This document shows, in pieces, positions 1 through 21,447 of a DNA stretch of 64,000 bases. This stretch comes from the human T2T-CHM13v2.0 reference genome, Homo sapiens. The stretch lies in the NCBI RefSeq assembly GCF_009914755.1, contig NC_060929.1; one strand, written 5' to 3'. Numbering within the stretch: the stretch's first letter is position 1; every line of letters starts with the position of its first letter. The notes below the pieces were generated by a model that saw only the letters and a list, made by a program, of their open reading frames with translations, did no database searches and was not told where the DNA came from. The position numbers and the translations under genes were made by a program.

Positions 1-1189
1 ACACGCAAAGGACCTCTAGTGTGTAGCTTTCCAACTTTCTACTGACTTTTGTCTGGGGTTTTTCCCAGCTGTTTGTTGTGGTTGTTGTTCTCCCATGTAT
101 CTTCCCAAACATTTCCATTTCTTCTTAGTATGGCTTTTCTCTATTAATTGTACCAGTGAGGAGGAGATTGCTGATGTTTTAAATGATTGTAATTATTGGT
201 GCTTACTAAATTGGAACATTCTTATAGTTTGTGTAAAAAGCATAACATGAGAATATTTTGTGTAAAACATTCAGCTAAAGTAACAGAAACATATTCTAGT
301 GATTTTTTTTCCCTGCCTTAGATAATGAATTTATTAGCCCTAGGTACCTTTGTTTGGGCAATCTGGGAACATGTCCTTGTTGGTATCTAGCTTTAAATGT
401 GAAACTTGGGTTGTCTCCTATTTGTTTGTTTTATTATTATTTTGAGATTACCCTCCTCCTAGTGGTCACTACTACCCACATAGGGTTTGCCTGTATCCAC
501 TGCAAGATGAACATTTTCAGGATATTAAAAATAAAAGTGTAATTGAAGTAAATACACTGGATTTTCTTTTATATTCAGGAAGCAGTGTCATCTTCTTATG
601 TTTTGTTATTGAAATAAAAGATTACATGCAACAAAGCTTAGAACCATATTACTGTGATTCGTAGGAGAAACTTCTCTGATATTTGTCCTAATGCTAAGGA
701 AATTATGCTTTTTTTCAAAATGTATTTTATCTTTTTTATTGTATAACTATTTTAATATTAATAAAAATTAAGGTTGAAGTATAATAGTTACAAGAACTTT
801 TTTAAATATCAAGAATCTTACTACAATTATCAAGAATGCTTGTTGCATACATTCTTGGATTTTGGAGTTGTTTCCATCAAAGCTGTTTTTAATTAAATAT
901 TGAGGTATTTACCTTTTCTTTACTATTTTCCCAAATGGCATGCTGGCCTTTCAGGCCAAAGTGGAAATGGAGTTTTTTCTCTTTTAAAAATTCTTCTTGT
1001 AGTTTTCCGAGAGACTTCTTGGTGTATTTGTTATCTGACTTCATGAGTCAACTAGAAAGCTCATAACTGAATTTGCTATCCACTTTTAACAGTTTTGGTG
1101 TATTAACTTTATTACAAGCTTGACTTTACTATTCTACTTATGCTTTCTTGAATTTATATATTTATTTTATCATATTATACTGTTTATGT

Positions 1190-1337
1190 TTGTTTTTGGT
1201 GGGACGGGATCTCACTCTGTCACCCAGGCTGGAGTGCAGTGGCATAGTCATTCTCAGTGTCCCAAGTAGGTAGGACTGTAGGCGCATGTCACAATACCCA
1301 GCTAATGTTTTAACAATTTTTTGTAGAGATGGGGTTT
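1190..1337 (-). mobile_element. Degenerate Alu fragment (AluJ-like, internally deleted)
   Basis: tctcactctgtcacccaggctggagtgcagtggc ... tttgtagagatggggttt matches antisense Alu; boundaries approximate. Confidence 0.7.
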
Positions 1338-1789
1338 ATTTGTATTTTTAATGCTACCTCAAGAAGACAGTGTATAGTCACTTTTGCTATAACATGACAT
1401 GTTCCTAAAAGTGACTGTGCTATGCAATGCTACATAATAAAAAGCACAGGGCTTATGAGAGAAATCAGATTATGAAAATAAAATTTAAAAGTTTTGTCAG
1501 TGACATATTTAGAAAAAGATACAAATCAAATCAAAGGTTAGTAGAGTTTTACACATTAAATGGTTAAGGAAAGCATAGTACAATAAATATGACACTTTAC
1601 CTTGGGAAAGACCTGAAGTTTGTTCTTAGAAGTGGGACTCAGAAGGGTTGCAGCTTGTGAGTTATTGTAAAGTGGTGAAAGAAAGATGATCTGAAATAGT
1701 ATGGAAAGATATAATACCAGATAAGGATGGGTGGGGTTGATGATACATAGTAGATGTTTGAGGTATATGCGTTTTGTTCAGTTGGCCTG

Positions 1790-2154
1790 TATATTAGTTG
1801 GTTCTCACACTGCTATAAAGAAATATCTGAGACTGGGTGATTTATAAAGAAAAGAGGTTTAATTGGCTCATGGTTCTGCAGGCTGTACGGTTAGCATGGC
1901 TGGGGAGGCCTCAGGAAACTTCCAATTATGGCAGTAGGTGAAGGGGAAGCTGGCATGGCTTACATGGCTGGAGCAGGAGAAAGAGAGAAGGGGGAGGTGC
2001 TTCACACTTTAAACAACCAGATCTAGTGAAAATTACTATCATGAGAACATCAAGATGGAAATCTGCACCTATAATCCAATCACCTCCCAACAGGTCCCTC
2101 CTCCAACATTGGGGACATGAGACTTGGTCAGGGACACAAATCCAAACCATATCA
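1790..2154 (+). mobile_element. MaLR solo LTR (MST-like)
   Basis: Starts tatattagttggttctcacactgctataaag and ends ccaaaccatatca; 5-bp TSD GCCTG at 1785-1789 and 2155-2159. Confidence 0.85.
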
Positions 2155-2440
2155 GCCTGGTTTCGGTTTTCTGCATTCACCTAGCATTTTTTGGTAGATA
2201 AAATCATGCAGAAACAAAAGTGACATATTCAACAAAAGTGTTCTATTCACGTTTTTCCCTAATATATCAAATGCATTGGAACAAATTTGCTTTTTCAAAA
2301 GAAGCCTAATAAAAGAACTGTATAAATAAACATATGTCTTGAGGAGAGCTATTAACTTTTTGTCACAGCATGTCATTGCCACCTCTTTTTCTGTTTTTTG
2401 TAACAAATACTGCAACTTTTTTGTTTAAAGTTCACAAAAT

Positions 2441-2620
2441 TCTTTTTTTTTTTTTTTTTTTACATTAAGTTCTGGGATACATGTGCTGAACATGGAGGTT
2501 TGTTACATAGGTATACATGTGCCATGGTGTTTTGCTGTACCTATCAACCCGTCATCTAGGTTTTAAGCCCTGCATGCATTAGGTATTTGTCCTAATGCTC
2601 TCCCTCCCCTTCCCCCACCC
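2441..2620 (-). mobile_element. 5'-truncated L1PA 3' end
   Basis: Poly-T followed by aagttctgggatacatgtg...ggtatttgtcctaatgctctccctcccc (antisense L1 3'UTR). Confidence 0.85.
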
Positions 2621-2699
2621 CCACCTCTCTTTCTTCATATGATTCACACTATGTTGTTTCTGAAAAGTCCAGATGACCCATGGAGTGTTTTCTTTGTAG

Positions 2700-2866
2700 G
2701 AAACTACATTCTGAATTACGTGGCATCACAGCCCAAGCTGGCTCCCTTTGTCATCCAAGCTCTTATTCAAGTCATTGCTAAAATCACTAAGTTGGGGTGG
2801 TTTGAGGTTCAGAAAGACCAATTTGTCTTCAGAGAAATTATTGCTGATGTGAAGAAGTTTCTCCAG
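2700..2866 (+). CDS. RANBP17: RAN binding protein 17, coding exon (inferred exon 4, 167 nt)
   Basis: tttgtag|GAAAC...CTCCAG|gtaaga; encodes (R)[58 protein letters not shown]7/RANBP17 family. Confidence 0.95.
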
Positions 2867-3824
2867 GTAAGAAGTCATTGCTACATGGTTAGAACATCAC
2901 TACTTGCTTTTTTTGGTTTAGAATACTGCTCTTCTTAAAGCGATATAGTTTGTTTTGTGACTACCAGTACCATGTTAATTATGATTTATTATTTATCCTC
3001 TGGATCCTTTATCATTTATTGTTAGTAAATGAGGATCGTGCTGTTACATAATTTCCAAATCAGAAGAATGTAAATAATCATGTTTTCTAATTTCAAAATG
3101 TGTGTACATTTATGACACATATGTCTATGTACTGTATATATAAAACATGTATATAATGCTTTTCATAGATTATGTAATTAAATGTTCATCACAACCTAAA
3201 ATGAAATAGATTTTATTTTGTAAACAAGAAAACAGGCTTAGAGGGGTTAAATAATTTCTGTAAGATTGCATAGTGACTGATTAACGCATACAGCTAGCAT
3301 TTAATAAGCCTCCAACTTACGATAAATTTTTTAATTTTTTAATTTTTACACTATACCACATTGACTATATCAGTTTCTCAAGAATGTTTTCAATTTCATC
3401 ATTACACATTGTATATAGGTATCAAATAGGTACAGCTATTATATATCAATAAAGAATAGTTATTTTAAAAACAATATTTTTAACCTAAGTGATTAAAATA
3501 AAGTCATAGTATATGCACATTTAACTTACATAAATTCAGATATATGGACAGCCAAAAAAAAAAACCAAACCAAACCAAAACAAAATAAACAGAGGCAAGA
3601 AAACATTAAACTAAATCATGCCAGTGATTCCATGTCCTGGGCTGATTTAGGGAAACCTGAATCTGCTCTTGTTTCCTGTTTACTCTTACTCAGGATGACT
3701 GTCATGCCTTGCTCAGTATGATTCAGATATTTGAAGATATATGTATATATTTTTTCATACAAACGTAATTCCCAAGTAGAAGAGAACTATTTTATCTGAT
3801 GTCCAGCTAAAGAAACATGATCTG

Positions 3825-4230
<406 letters not shown>

Positions 4231-6362
4231 TTACTTTTATGCAGTAACTTTAAAATTCAACCCCTGTCTAAGATATAACTTCATCATATAGTGCAGTGCT
4301 GGAAACCTCAGAATATGAAATGCTAGGTTATGCTGCTTCTGTCTTATCTATGTTGTTAAAACCTGGTTAACAAATATTTGATCATTTAGAACTCCACAGG
4401 AATAAGTGTTCTTAGCTCTGAGGAGATCAGTTTATACTAGGGCAGAAGGATAGTTTATTCAGGACAAGTATGAGCTTCACACTTCAGAGTTGCATTTGTA
4501 AGTTTGGCAAGCACAGTAGCATCCCCCTTTTGTCTTTTACTAAGATTGTTCATCAAGATTTATTTGAGTAGACAAGAGGCGACCATGCAGTTCTTTAAAA
4601 ATAAAGTCAGGGTTGAAATTGAATGAAATTCTTGTTGGCTAACATTTCTCAAGCTCCCTCTTTAGTGGCCAGTAAGCTCAACTTAAGTTGGGATTCAATG
4701 TACCTTTACCAGTTCTGGAAGACCAAAAGAAACAACATGTTTTAGCTTGAAAGTTTATTATATAATAGTATCACCATAGAATAGTTAGTACGTGTTTTTT
4801 ATATATATATATATATATATGGCTTGACCTAACCCTGCATCATGAGAAAGTCAATTTTGGCTTTAGTGTTTTAGTTTTCTAGAATATTATCATATGGTTC
4901 CTTTGAGTATTAGCAGCTTTTGTGAATTTTGTCCTAAAAGTTATTTTAAGTTTGTCACATCTTTAACAGCCTGAACTTTTGTGCATTCTCTTTTTTCTAT
5001 TATTATGGCCCTCTTGCTGCCACACTCCAAACATACTTATGTGTCTCCTTTCTACTGATATACTCAGGAGATCCTACTGTCATTTAGGGCAGTGCTATTC
5101 AAATTACCGGTCTTCAGCAAGATAAGGAGCTTATGTAAGACTGTAAATGAACATAGTGCCTTCTTCATTGAGAAAGACTTGCTATGACAAAAAAGCCAGC
5201 TGACCTAGTGTACTTTGTGACTTAGCTGTTTTATAATCTGTTACATGCTCTTTATTTTGTCATGGACGAGTAACAAACTATTTTCAAATTAGAATTGAGT
5301 TTGTAGGTCATCAATCAGCTGGTTCTAGCAATTGGTCAGGGTACCACACTTTGGGGAACATTAACCTGGTGTACACATAGGATGGATGTTTCAGTGTGTA
5401 GGAAATCTGGAGCTCAGTTCAGACACTCAGACTGTCTTGAAAGGCCATAAATAATTAAAATGCAAAAATTGTGAGACCTTTTTTTGTTCTGAGATAATTT
5501 GAATTTAATTACATCCAGTGATAATGGAATTCTGTGATAGTTAAAAGGAATGACCAACTATAAAATTAAGATTTGAAAAGTGTATCTATCTTCTGTGTCA
5601 GTTTTTAAAAATGATTGCAATGTAATTGGATGCTGCATTTATGATTTTCATAATTCCAGTATGATTTCACACAAGGGTAGTTTGTTAGTAATGTGCATAT
5701 AAAGTCTGAATTTTAATGATGGAAAATTTGAGATTAAATTGGAAGCTGATTAAATTAAAAACATTATATAGATAGTCATGTATTTATCTCATTGCATTGT
5801 GTACTTTACATGCCATCATTATAGGTATGTAACAATTTCATATACATGCACAATTAATGTTAAAAGAGCCTAAGTGATCCTATCTGATATTAGAACAAGA
5901 GATTTGAATTAGTGCCTAAGCTACTTATTATTTATTTATTGTTGAGTGTCTCTATCTCAATAGGCTTTAAGCAAATTATAGAGCTAAAAGCATTTTTTGC
6001 TTATTCTTATTCTTGGTCTTATAAAAGGTATTAAGCTAAATTCTTGTATTTTGAAACTTAGTTTATTATTTGTCCTATAAGTGCTGGAAACATTTTGTTG
6101 AGTATCATGCATTTATAAGGGAGGAGCTTTTTCCCATTTAGCTCTGTGTATCCAAATTTATCTTTCAAAAAATAGGTTTGAAATTCTTTTGTTTATAGAA
6201 CTCATAGCGATTTTTCTTTATATTTTATAATTTTGTTTCCATTTTATTATTGAGTAAATGTGGTGTTTCAGTCTTTAATTGTTTGTAAATGTTACCTGGT
6301 ATATACATTAAGAACCAATCACTTGTCTCCACTTAGGCTAAACTTTGTTATTTTCTCCAAAG

Positions 6363-6428
6363 GGTACTGTGGAACACTGCATAATAGGAGTAATAATCCT
6401 TTCTGAATTGACTCAGGAAATGAACCTG
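6363..6428 (+). CDS. RANBP17: RANBP17 coding exon (inferred exon 5, 66 nt)
   Basis: ttttctccaaag|GGT...AACCTG|gtaagc; GTVEHCIIGVIILSELTQEMNL, phase 0-0, in frame with neighbours. Confidence 0.93.
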
Positions 6429-6778
6429 GTAAGCGAGCCTTTCCATCTAACAGGAGCCTGAGTTTGCTTAAGTAATGCTGTTTCTTTTCTGCTTTTATTT
6501 GTGGCAAAATAGACAGCCTTCATTTTGTGGCATAAAACTCTGAATAATCAAGTTTTTTGTGTGTGTATCTGTTTTATTGATGGGCTAATTAAGTGGTGGA
6601 ATATTTTCATTGTTATTGAAGATATCTGCAATAGTACAGAGTATTACAAAGAACAGAGAATTAGACATGGTTCTTGCTCCCATGGGCACTTGGAGAATTG
6701 TTCTTTTACCTCATATATGTCATAATATGCTAACCATAAGAAATATATGCAAAAGAGAAACAAACCTTTATTCACTTA

Positions 6779-13841
<7,063 letters not shown>

Positions 13842-15403
13842 GGCACATTTCTTTTAAAGGTGCTTGAAGATGAATTCCCAGAAGTATGTAGATTTATGAC
13901 CTCCATTTATCCTTCCGGTGAGGAGGATGTCATAACTTGACCTCATAATGGCATCTTGGCAATGAAGGAACTTAATGAGCAAGCAGACTGTGTGTTGCCC
14001 ATTGACAGTCTTTATTTGACATCATTAGCAAAGTCGACCTCATAGTGAATTCTGGAAAGTTGGGTACAACTGTAGACGACTTCAAGTGCTGTGGCTTTAA
14101 AAAGCAGAATAAGCCCTTTGTTGCAGTCAACAACATTGTGGCAAATTTGCTCAACCTAACAAGCTCCGCAAGATTTGAAGGGTCCCTTAATAAGGACCAT
14201 AATGAAATCAGCATGAATTTAGTTCCTTTTCCTCAGCTTCATTATCTTGTATCAAGCCTAACACCTCTATACACACTGGCGGATGTTAACATTCCTACTA
14301 AAAGATTGGATCAGATGTTTTCAAATGCCTTTAGTAAAGATCACCAGCTGCTTCAGGCAGACCCTAAACATAGTCTTTACCTCACCTGTGTGCTCATGGT
14401 TAGAGGAAATGTACAGATTTTACATCTTTGCAGAAATATTGAAAGATTAAAACCATCTCTACAATTTGTCTCCTGAAATCAAGAAGGCTAGACCAGCCTG
14501 TCCCTCCTGTGGACCATTTTTATTCATTATTAGCTTTAGCAAATAACACATATGTGAAGCCCACATTCATGGAAATGAAAGAGAGATTCATGAGGCTCTA
14601 CAAGAAAAAAGCTCACCTTCATCACTGTCTACAAGTTGAAGGCATGGAAGAAAGCTATTTCACAGAAGCTGTGTTGTTTTTATCAGCACTCATACAGGAG
14701 TGGCCACCACTGTATGAGTGGATGCCAGAAAAAACATACCTGTGCAAGATTTACCAAGCCTAAGCATAGCCGTGTATAAAAGAAACCCTCCAAAATATTT
14801 TCTTAATTTCACGTTTTTTCTCACCTTTCTGTTTCAGTATTTCTTTGAGATTCAGAAAGTCTAGTTTGTTTTTCATATTAGGAAATATTTTTGTCTAAAA
14901 GAGTGATTTCTGTTTAATCACAATTTGTCGATAATACCAGTGTGTGAAATTAGTGAAATCCTAGTACCTGAACTTCAGACATTTGTCTTCAGAAAAATCT
15001 CCCTTTCTAAAATTGAGAGAATGGAGTTCTTCAGTATTATGTTGTATTTATAACCTCATATTTAGGCATTTATACACTGATAATCATGTCTTCAATAAAA
15101 ATCTTGTACAGATTTTTATCATTTATATTTTGATATTCTATTTAAATTCTCCTGATTCTGTAAAAGTAGGTACTGGGAATAGAAGAACATAATATAAATA
15201 TTTCTGTGTAATACCACTAACTATTCAGGGATAGGTTTTATTCCAACCGTTAAGGAGGTTTTGTTTCTTCTTTAGATAAGAACTTGTTTTCTCAAAAGAA
15301 TTCTAATTTGTACACTTAACATGTATTTGTATTAAATTTTTAAAATAATTGCTTTCTTATCAAACCAATTGATTTTATAATAATAAATGTTTATATTAAA
15401 AAA
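13842..15403 (+). pseudogene. Processed TUBE1 pseudogene, 3' part with 3'UTR and A-tail
   Basis: Resumes GTFLLKVLEDEFPEV; NLTSSARFEGSLN..MNLVPFPQLHY..LDQMFS; LALANNT..RFMRLYKKKAHLHH; stops and frameshifts; AATAAA at 15382 then an A-rich tail. Confidence 0.93.
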
Positions 15404-16279
15404 CAAAACAGGCCTTTTTTCACTTTATGGCTCCTAGTTTGGATTTTTACCCTGTACAAGGGGAGTTTTCAGAAGCTGTACTTCTCCCCAACAGTGCTTT
15501 TATGATCTGAACCTATTATCACCTGTTCCGTTTGCACATAAAATGGTTCTAAACAGAATGAAAGCAGAAGTTGGGTTCTATGTGGAGTAATTTTATAATA
15601 AAGAGGAATGTAGTGTTTAAAAACTGTCATCTTGAGTGATATGTGTTTGCGTGTGGGCATGCATGTCCATGCACACATATAGATGTATATATGTAGAAGA
15701 GCTTGCATACCCAGGATCACTTGCCAACTCCCTTTGGAGTAACATTATAGCCATGTGCATAAAAAAATACAAAAGAACCATTTTCTACTTGTGTTCAATC
15801 AGGAATTAGAAAATATTTTTAGATTTATAGGATGGATTTCTAAAATTTAAAGTGATCTCTTAACTTATCACGGCCATCACCTTCCTGAGTCCTCCACCCC
15901 AGAGTATATGCTGTGTGTTTGTGTGTACATAGGTATCTGTTAATAATACTGTGTCAGCAGGGATATTATGACAGGGATAATCTTATTGAACTCTAAATAT
16001 GTCTAAAGAACTGTAGCTTCCTTCTAAAAAAGTACATTTAAATATTTTCATAAAAGTGAAGAGAATAGTATGATAACCTCATGTACTTATCTTCATTTTA
16101 CAACTTTTTGCTAATTTTGAAACTAGCAGTTTGATTCATTTCATGCTTCTCAGCATAATAGGAAAATAGTCTGCCCTGGAAATGAGAGTTTGTGCTGTGT
16201 TTAGATTATCACTGAAATAAGACTAGTTAATGTGAAGTTCTGGTAAATGTGCAGTTTAGAGAGCAACAGGATAACTTCT

Positions 16280-17180
16280 TTTTCTTAATTAGCAAACTTA
16301 CAGAAAAGTTGTAAGTACAGTAAAGAGAAGTTTTTTCTCAACTGACGCTAAGTTGCTAACATAATTCTCCACCACCAGGGAATTTAGTGTATTTCCTACA
16401 CACAAGGACGTTCTTGTACCTAACCACAATACAACCTTGCAATCAGAAAATGAACACTGGAATTATTCCCACTATCTAATCCTCATACCTCATTCAAGAT
16501 TCACTGGTTATAAACACTCTTTCTAGCAGAAGAACCAGTTTAGGATTATATATCACATTTAGTTCTTATGTTTTATTAGTTTCCTTCAATCTGGAGAAAA
16601 ATTTCTCAATCTTTTTCACTTTCATGGCCTTGACGTTTATGAAGATTATAGGCCAGTTTTGTAAAATGTCCCTCAATTTGGGATTGTCTGATATTTCCTC
16701 ATTATTAGATTCAGCTTATGTGAATTTGTCAGAAATATCACAGAAATGATACTGTGCCCATCTCCTTGCCTCCTATCAGGAAGCATGTGATGATTTGTCA
16801 CATTACTGATGATGTTCACTTTGATCTCTTAATTAAGATGGACTCCTCTGGGCTCACCCATTGTAGACTTACTCTTTTCCCTGTTGTAATTAATACATAT
16901 TTTGTGAAAAGGTACTTAAGTCTCTGAAAATATCTTGTTCCTTATCAGACTTTCAGCTTTTTGATTTGTTAATTTATATTACTATGGATTCCTCGTTTCA
17001 TTCTATTTAATAGGTTATAATTCATTGCTAACATTATTTGTTTTGTTGCTCAGATTTTCCAAGATTTGACCAATAGGACCTTTTTCAAGCTGATTTTTGT
17101 GTCCATTTGATATTTCCTCACCATTCTTTGGGTTCTTTCTTACCTTCTGGCACAAGACAGTCTAAGCTTTTCTTGCATTG
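16280..17180 (-). mobile_element. Old L1M (L1MC-like) 3' fragment
   Basis: aaacttacagaaaagttgtaag... and ccattactgatgatgttcactttgatc-type 3'UTR motifs; boundaries approximate. Confidence 0.55.
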
Positions 17181-18174
17181 AACCAAGCACCTTTTAAGAA
17201 AAGCTTTAAGGTCTGAAGTGTGATTTTGGCTTTATATGGTGAAAAATATAGATGGCTTCTGTGGAGACAGTTCATTCAGCCTAATTTTATGACATTTACA
17301 GTTTCAACTAGCATTTATTAAGCATTTCTGAACCAGGAAGTAGGGAGATCTATAATGCATGAGGGTAATTAAATATTCTAGTTATCAGATGTGAGCCAGA
17401 TAAATTCATGTAGTATCCATAACAGGATGTGTCTCTTAAGAAAAAGAACTACACTTGAGTTTTCCTAAAAGTTAGGAGGATTATATAAGTTATCCTGCTG
17501 TTTTAGAAGCTAGAGTTTCTGTTCCTGGAGTATATTCACTATCCAGTCATTAAGAAGTAAAATATCCTGTGCCTCCAAGGTAGAGGCATATATATGCAAT
17601 AGAAAATGGATGTGCAATCCTTCGTCTCAAAATATTGGATATCTAAATGAGTAACCCAAGTAAAATAAGCATGCAGTCCTTTAATATAACTCTGGAATAA
17701 AACATGGAGTTGTATTTTCGCTCTATTTTTACCTTTTACAAACTTCTTAGCTTCTTTAAAACTTACATATTGTTACCTGTAAAGTGAGAATGACAACTAC
17801 TTATATGGATCTTAATAAGATTATATTAACTTGCACAGGACTTAGTGTGTAGAAAGTGCTCAGTACACCTAAGTTTCTTTCCATATTATGGATATGATGA
17901 GAGTGAGAAGTTAGTCTAAGATAGTGTGCATATAAACTTGAATTTCTCATCTTTTAAAATCATCCTTTATTTCAAAACTCATGTGTTTTAAAAAGATAAA
18001 ATGTATCTCACAGATTAGTTTTAAGGAATAAGCGAAATAATATATGAAGAATACTTTATAAATTGCAATTATAATGCTGTTTGCTTTTAATTTGTATTAA
18101 GGAAAAAATATTTTTATATATTGAGGAAAGTGTTGAGATTTGATTTAAATTAATCAAGAGAGGCATTAAAAATA

Positions 18175-18983
18175 AGCAAAAGACATGAACAGACACTTCT
18201 CAAAAGAAGGCAAGTGGCCAAAAAACATGAAGAAATGTTCCACATTACTCATCATCTTAGAAATGCAAATCAAAACCACAATGAAATACCATTTCACACC
18301 AGTCAGAATGGCCATTATTAAATAGTGAAAAAACCACAGATGCTAGCAAGGCTGTGGAGAAAAGGGAACTCTTATATACGTTGGTGGGAATGTAAATTAG
18401 TTCAGCCACTGTGGAAAGTAGTTTGGAGATTTCTCAAAGAACTTAAAACAGAACTACTATTCAACCCAGCAATCCTATTACTGAGTATATATCCCCCCAA
18501 ACCCAAATCTGTCAAAAAGGAACATGCACTTACATGTTCACTGCAGTGCTATTCAGAAAAGCAAAGACGTGGAATCAGCCTTGGTACCCATTGACGGTGG
18601 ATTGGATAAAGAAAATACACGTATACCACAGAATATTATGCAGCTATAAAAAATAATGAAATCATGTCCTTTGCAGCAACATGGATGCAGCTGGAGGCCC
18701 TTATCTGAAGCAAATTAATGCAGGAGCAGAAAACCAAATACCACATGTTCTCACTTCCAGTAGGAGTTAAACACTAGATACTTGTGGACATAAAGATGGC
18801 AACAGTAGAAACTGGGGACTACTAGATAGGGGAGAGATAGAAAGGGGTAAAGGTTGAAAAACTGACTTTTGGGTGACAGGATCATTCATACCCCAAACCT
18901 CAGCAACAAGCAATATACCCCAGGCAACAAACACACACATGTACCCCCACAAGCTAAAATGAAAGTTGGGAAAAAAAAAAAAA
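18175..18983 (+). mobile_element. 5'-truncated L1 (old L1PA/L1PB) ORF2 end, 3'UTR and A-tail
   Basis: [12 protein letters not shown] motif, L1 3'UTR, A-run ending about 18983. Confidence 0.85.
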
Positions 18984-19973
18984 GGAACACTGAAAATGCT
19001 AATTTAAATCTTACACATTGGGTATAGGTTCCATAACTACTTTGTGTAATCATTTGGCCTTCTGTTATGTTTCATGTTTTATAAGTAAATATGGCAATCG
19101 AGTATAATCTAAATTATATGTTGGAGCTTAGGAAGTATCACATAATCAATTTTAAGCCCATTGCTTCTTTCAGATCTATAAACACTAGCAAGGAAAATGG
19201 TTTATTTTCTTCTTCCAAATAGCAATAAGAATAAATAGTAATGCCATAGCAACTGTAGACCATAGTGTTAATGTTAGTATGAGTGTCAGACTTCAGCTTT
19301 GCCTGTTCCTATTGATAAATGGAAATACTAATGGTATGAATAGTATAATTTTGAATATACTACATTTTAGGTTAGAGGCCTAAGAGCTAGTCTTAGTTTA
19401 TTCTTAAAAATTATTTGTCATTAGCTAATAAAATATTCAGAGGGAATATACTATTGCTTATATAAGAAATCAGATTTCTGATTATTTATAATTTCTGCCT
19501 TGGTTTCTTTTCGTAGTATCAAAGATATATGAACTAATGACATATATGGTACATATAGGAATATCACTTTCAACTAGAAGAATTTTTCTGTGGCTAATTC
19601 AGTTTTCTTATTCATAGACAAAGTTAGAATTTGGAGATTATCTTGGAGATTTCTCATTTTACAGGTGGAATGTGAGGAACAGGGAAGTTGTTACTGCATG
19701 ATATAAAATATGGTACATGGTTTAGGAGTTAATAGTCTTAGTATCTATTTTTATTTTATAATCTGTGTTGTTTATACTGCCTCTGAAAGTGTGATGAACT
19801 TTGGTTTTTAGTATTGGGATCAGTACGGGTTGTAGGAAGAACATTAAATTGAAACAGTCTAGAAACTTGGGTTCTACTCAAGTTTATTTCCTTTTTTTTT
19901 TTTTTTTTTTTAGTAAATTTTGGTTTGCTTTTTCATAGGTCTGGTTAAACTAATTTCATCTTTATCTTTTTAG

Positions 19974-20078
19974 GTTGATTATTCTAGACCTTCAGCAAAA
20001 CACAGGAAAATAGCTACCTCATTTCGTGATACTTCTCTCAAAGACGTTTTAGTGCTAGCATGCTCTCTTTTAAAAGAG
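19974..20078 (+). CDS. RANBP17: RANBP17 coding exon (inferred exon 6, 105 nt)
   Basis: tctttttag|GTT...AAAGAG|gtaagt; VDYSRPSAKHRKIATSFRDTSLKDVLVLACSLLKE. Confidence 0.95.
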
Positions 20079-21281
20079 GTAAGTTATTTGATAATTCAAC
20101 TTCCTAGTTAGAATATTTGGGAAATTTTAAGAGTTTCAAAAGAATTTCAGTTGAATTTTCCCCCCAGTTTTGCCTTTTAAAGAATTATTGTGGACAGACT
20201 TAAGTATAGTAAATTTGCATAAGTCTGTAAGCAGTTCCAAAAAATTCACTTTTACTCACTGGGCATATGATAAGGTGAAATCCAAAGGGAATCTAATAAC
20301 TTATCTTCAGGTAGTAGTTTCATTGCCTTCCCAGTGTAGATTCTTTAATTATAGAAGCTACTTGAGTATTAGTTTCTTTATCTGCTTGCTTATATTTTGA
20401 TAGGATGCAGATGAAAAATGAAATGACAATATTTTCCTGATTCATCAACTATCAAAATTTATTCATAGTTTAGCCAAGATCGTTGACTTTAACAACTTCT
20501 TTGGGAAATAGTATTTCCCCATTTGCTACTTAGTGCCCTATTGAATATTAGTGATAGCATGATTCATAATGATACTGTATTCTCTTGTATAATATAGGGA
20601 CTCCATCATGCTATTCAAGCCTGATAATTGGTGTAATATAGCATTGCTGAAAGTATGCTTCAATAAGCACTAGTTTCCATTTATTTCAATTCTTTGGTTT
20701 AGTAACATGACAACTGCCACACTATGTCAGACCCAAAGACCTTCTATTATCTTAAAATTTTTCTTTTAACACAGAAAATTTTAACATACACAAAAGTAGA
20801 TAGAATAGTATAACCAGTTAACCTGTCAGCCAGTTAAACAGTAGCAACTCATGGCCAATCTTGTTTTCTCTCTATTCCTGCCTACCCACTTCTTTTTATA
20901 TTATTCTTCAAGCAGAATCCCAAATTTCATATAATTTCCTCTATAAATATTTCACAATATATCTAAAAGGTATAATTGTTTTTGGTTTGTGTGAGAATGG
21001 GCATTATCTTGGAAATAGGATTGTTCTCCAGAAGCTTTGTGAGTGTCCTCCAACATTCAGAGTTCTGATTGCCTTTATTAGCTGAATGTGATTCTTTTAT
21101 GCATGAAGTTAACCCAGTTTTTCTTGAAGAAGGTAACATTACTTCCTTATATATGGAACAGTATAACTTTGTAAACTCCTTTATTAGTTTTCATTTGACA
21201 TTGAAAAATTATTTTAATTCATGAAGTGTAAATTTATTGATGTATTTCGCAGTGTTTTCTTTGATTTTGTACTTTTTTCAG

Positions 21282-21447
21282 GTGTTTGCCAAACCTTTAA
21301 ATCTTCAGGATCAATGTCAGCAAAATCTGGTAATGCAGGTCTTGAAACTGGTCCTTAACTGCCTTAACTTTGACTTCATTGGCAGTTCAGCAGATGAATC
21401 TGCAGATGATCTTTGCACGGTGCAGATTCCAACAACTTGGAGAACAA
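21282..21447 (+). CDS. RANBP17: RANBP17 coding exon (inferred exon 7, 166 nt)
   Basis: ttttttcag|GTG...AGAACAA|gtaaga; [55 protein letters not shown]; phase 0-1. Confidence 0.95.

Noticed and set aside
1370-2300. Possible old DNA-transposon remnant hosting the MST LTR (similar candidate near 5090-5360)
   Set aside because: Family and boundaries could not be supported by eye
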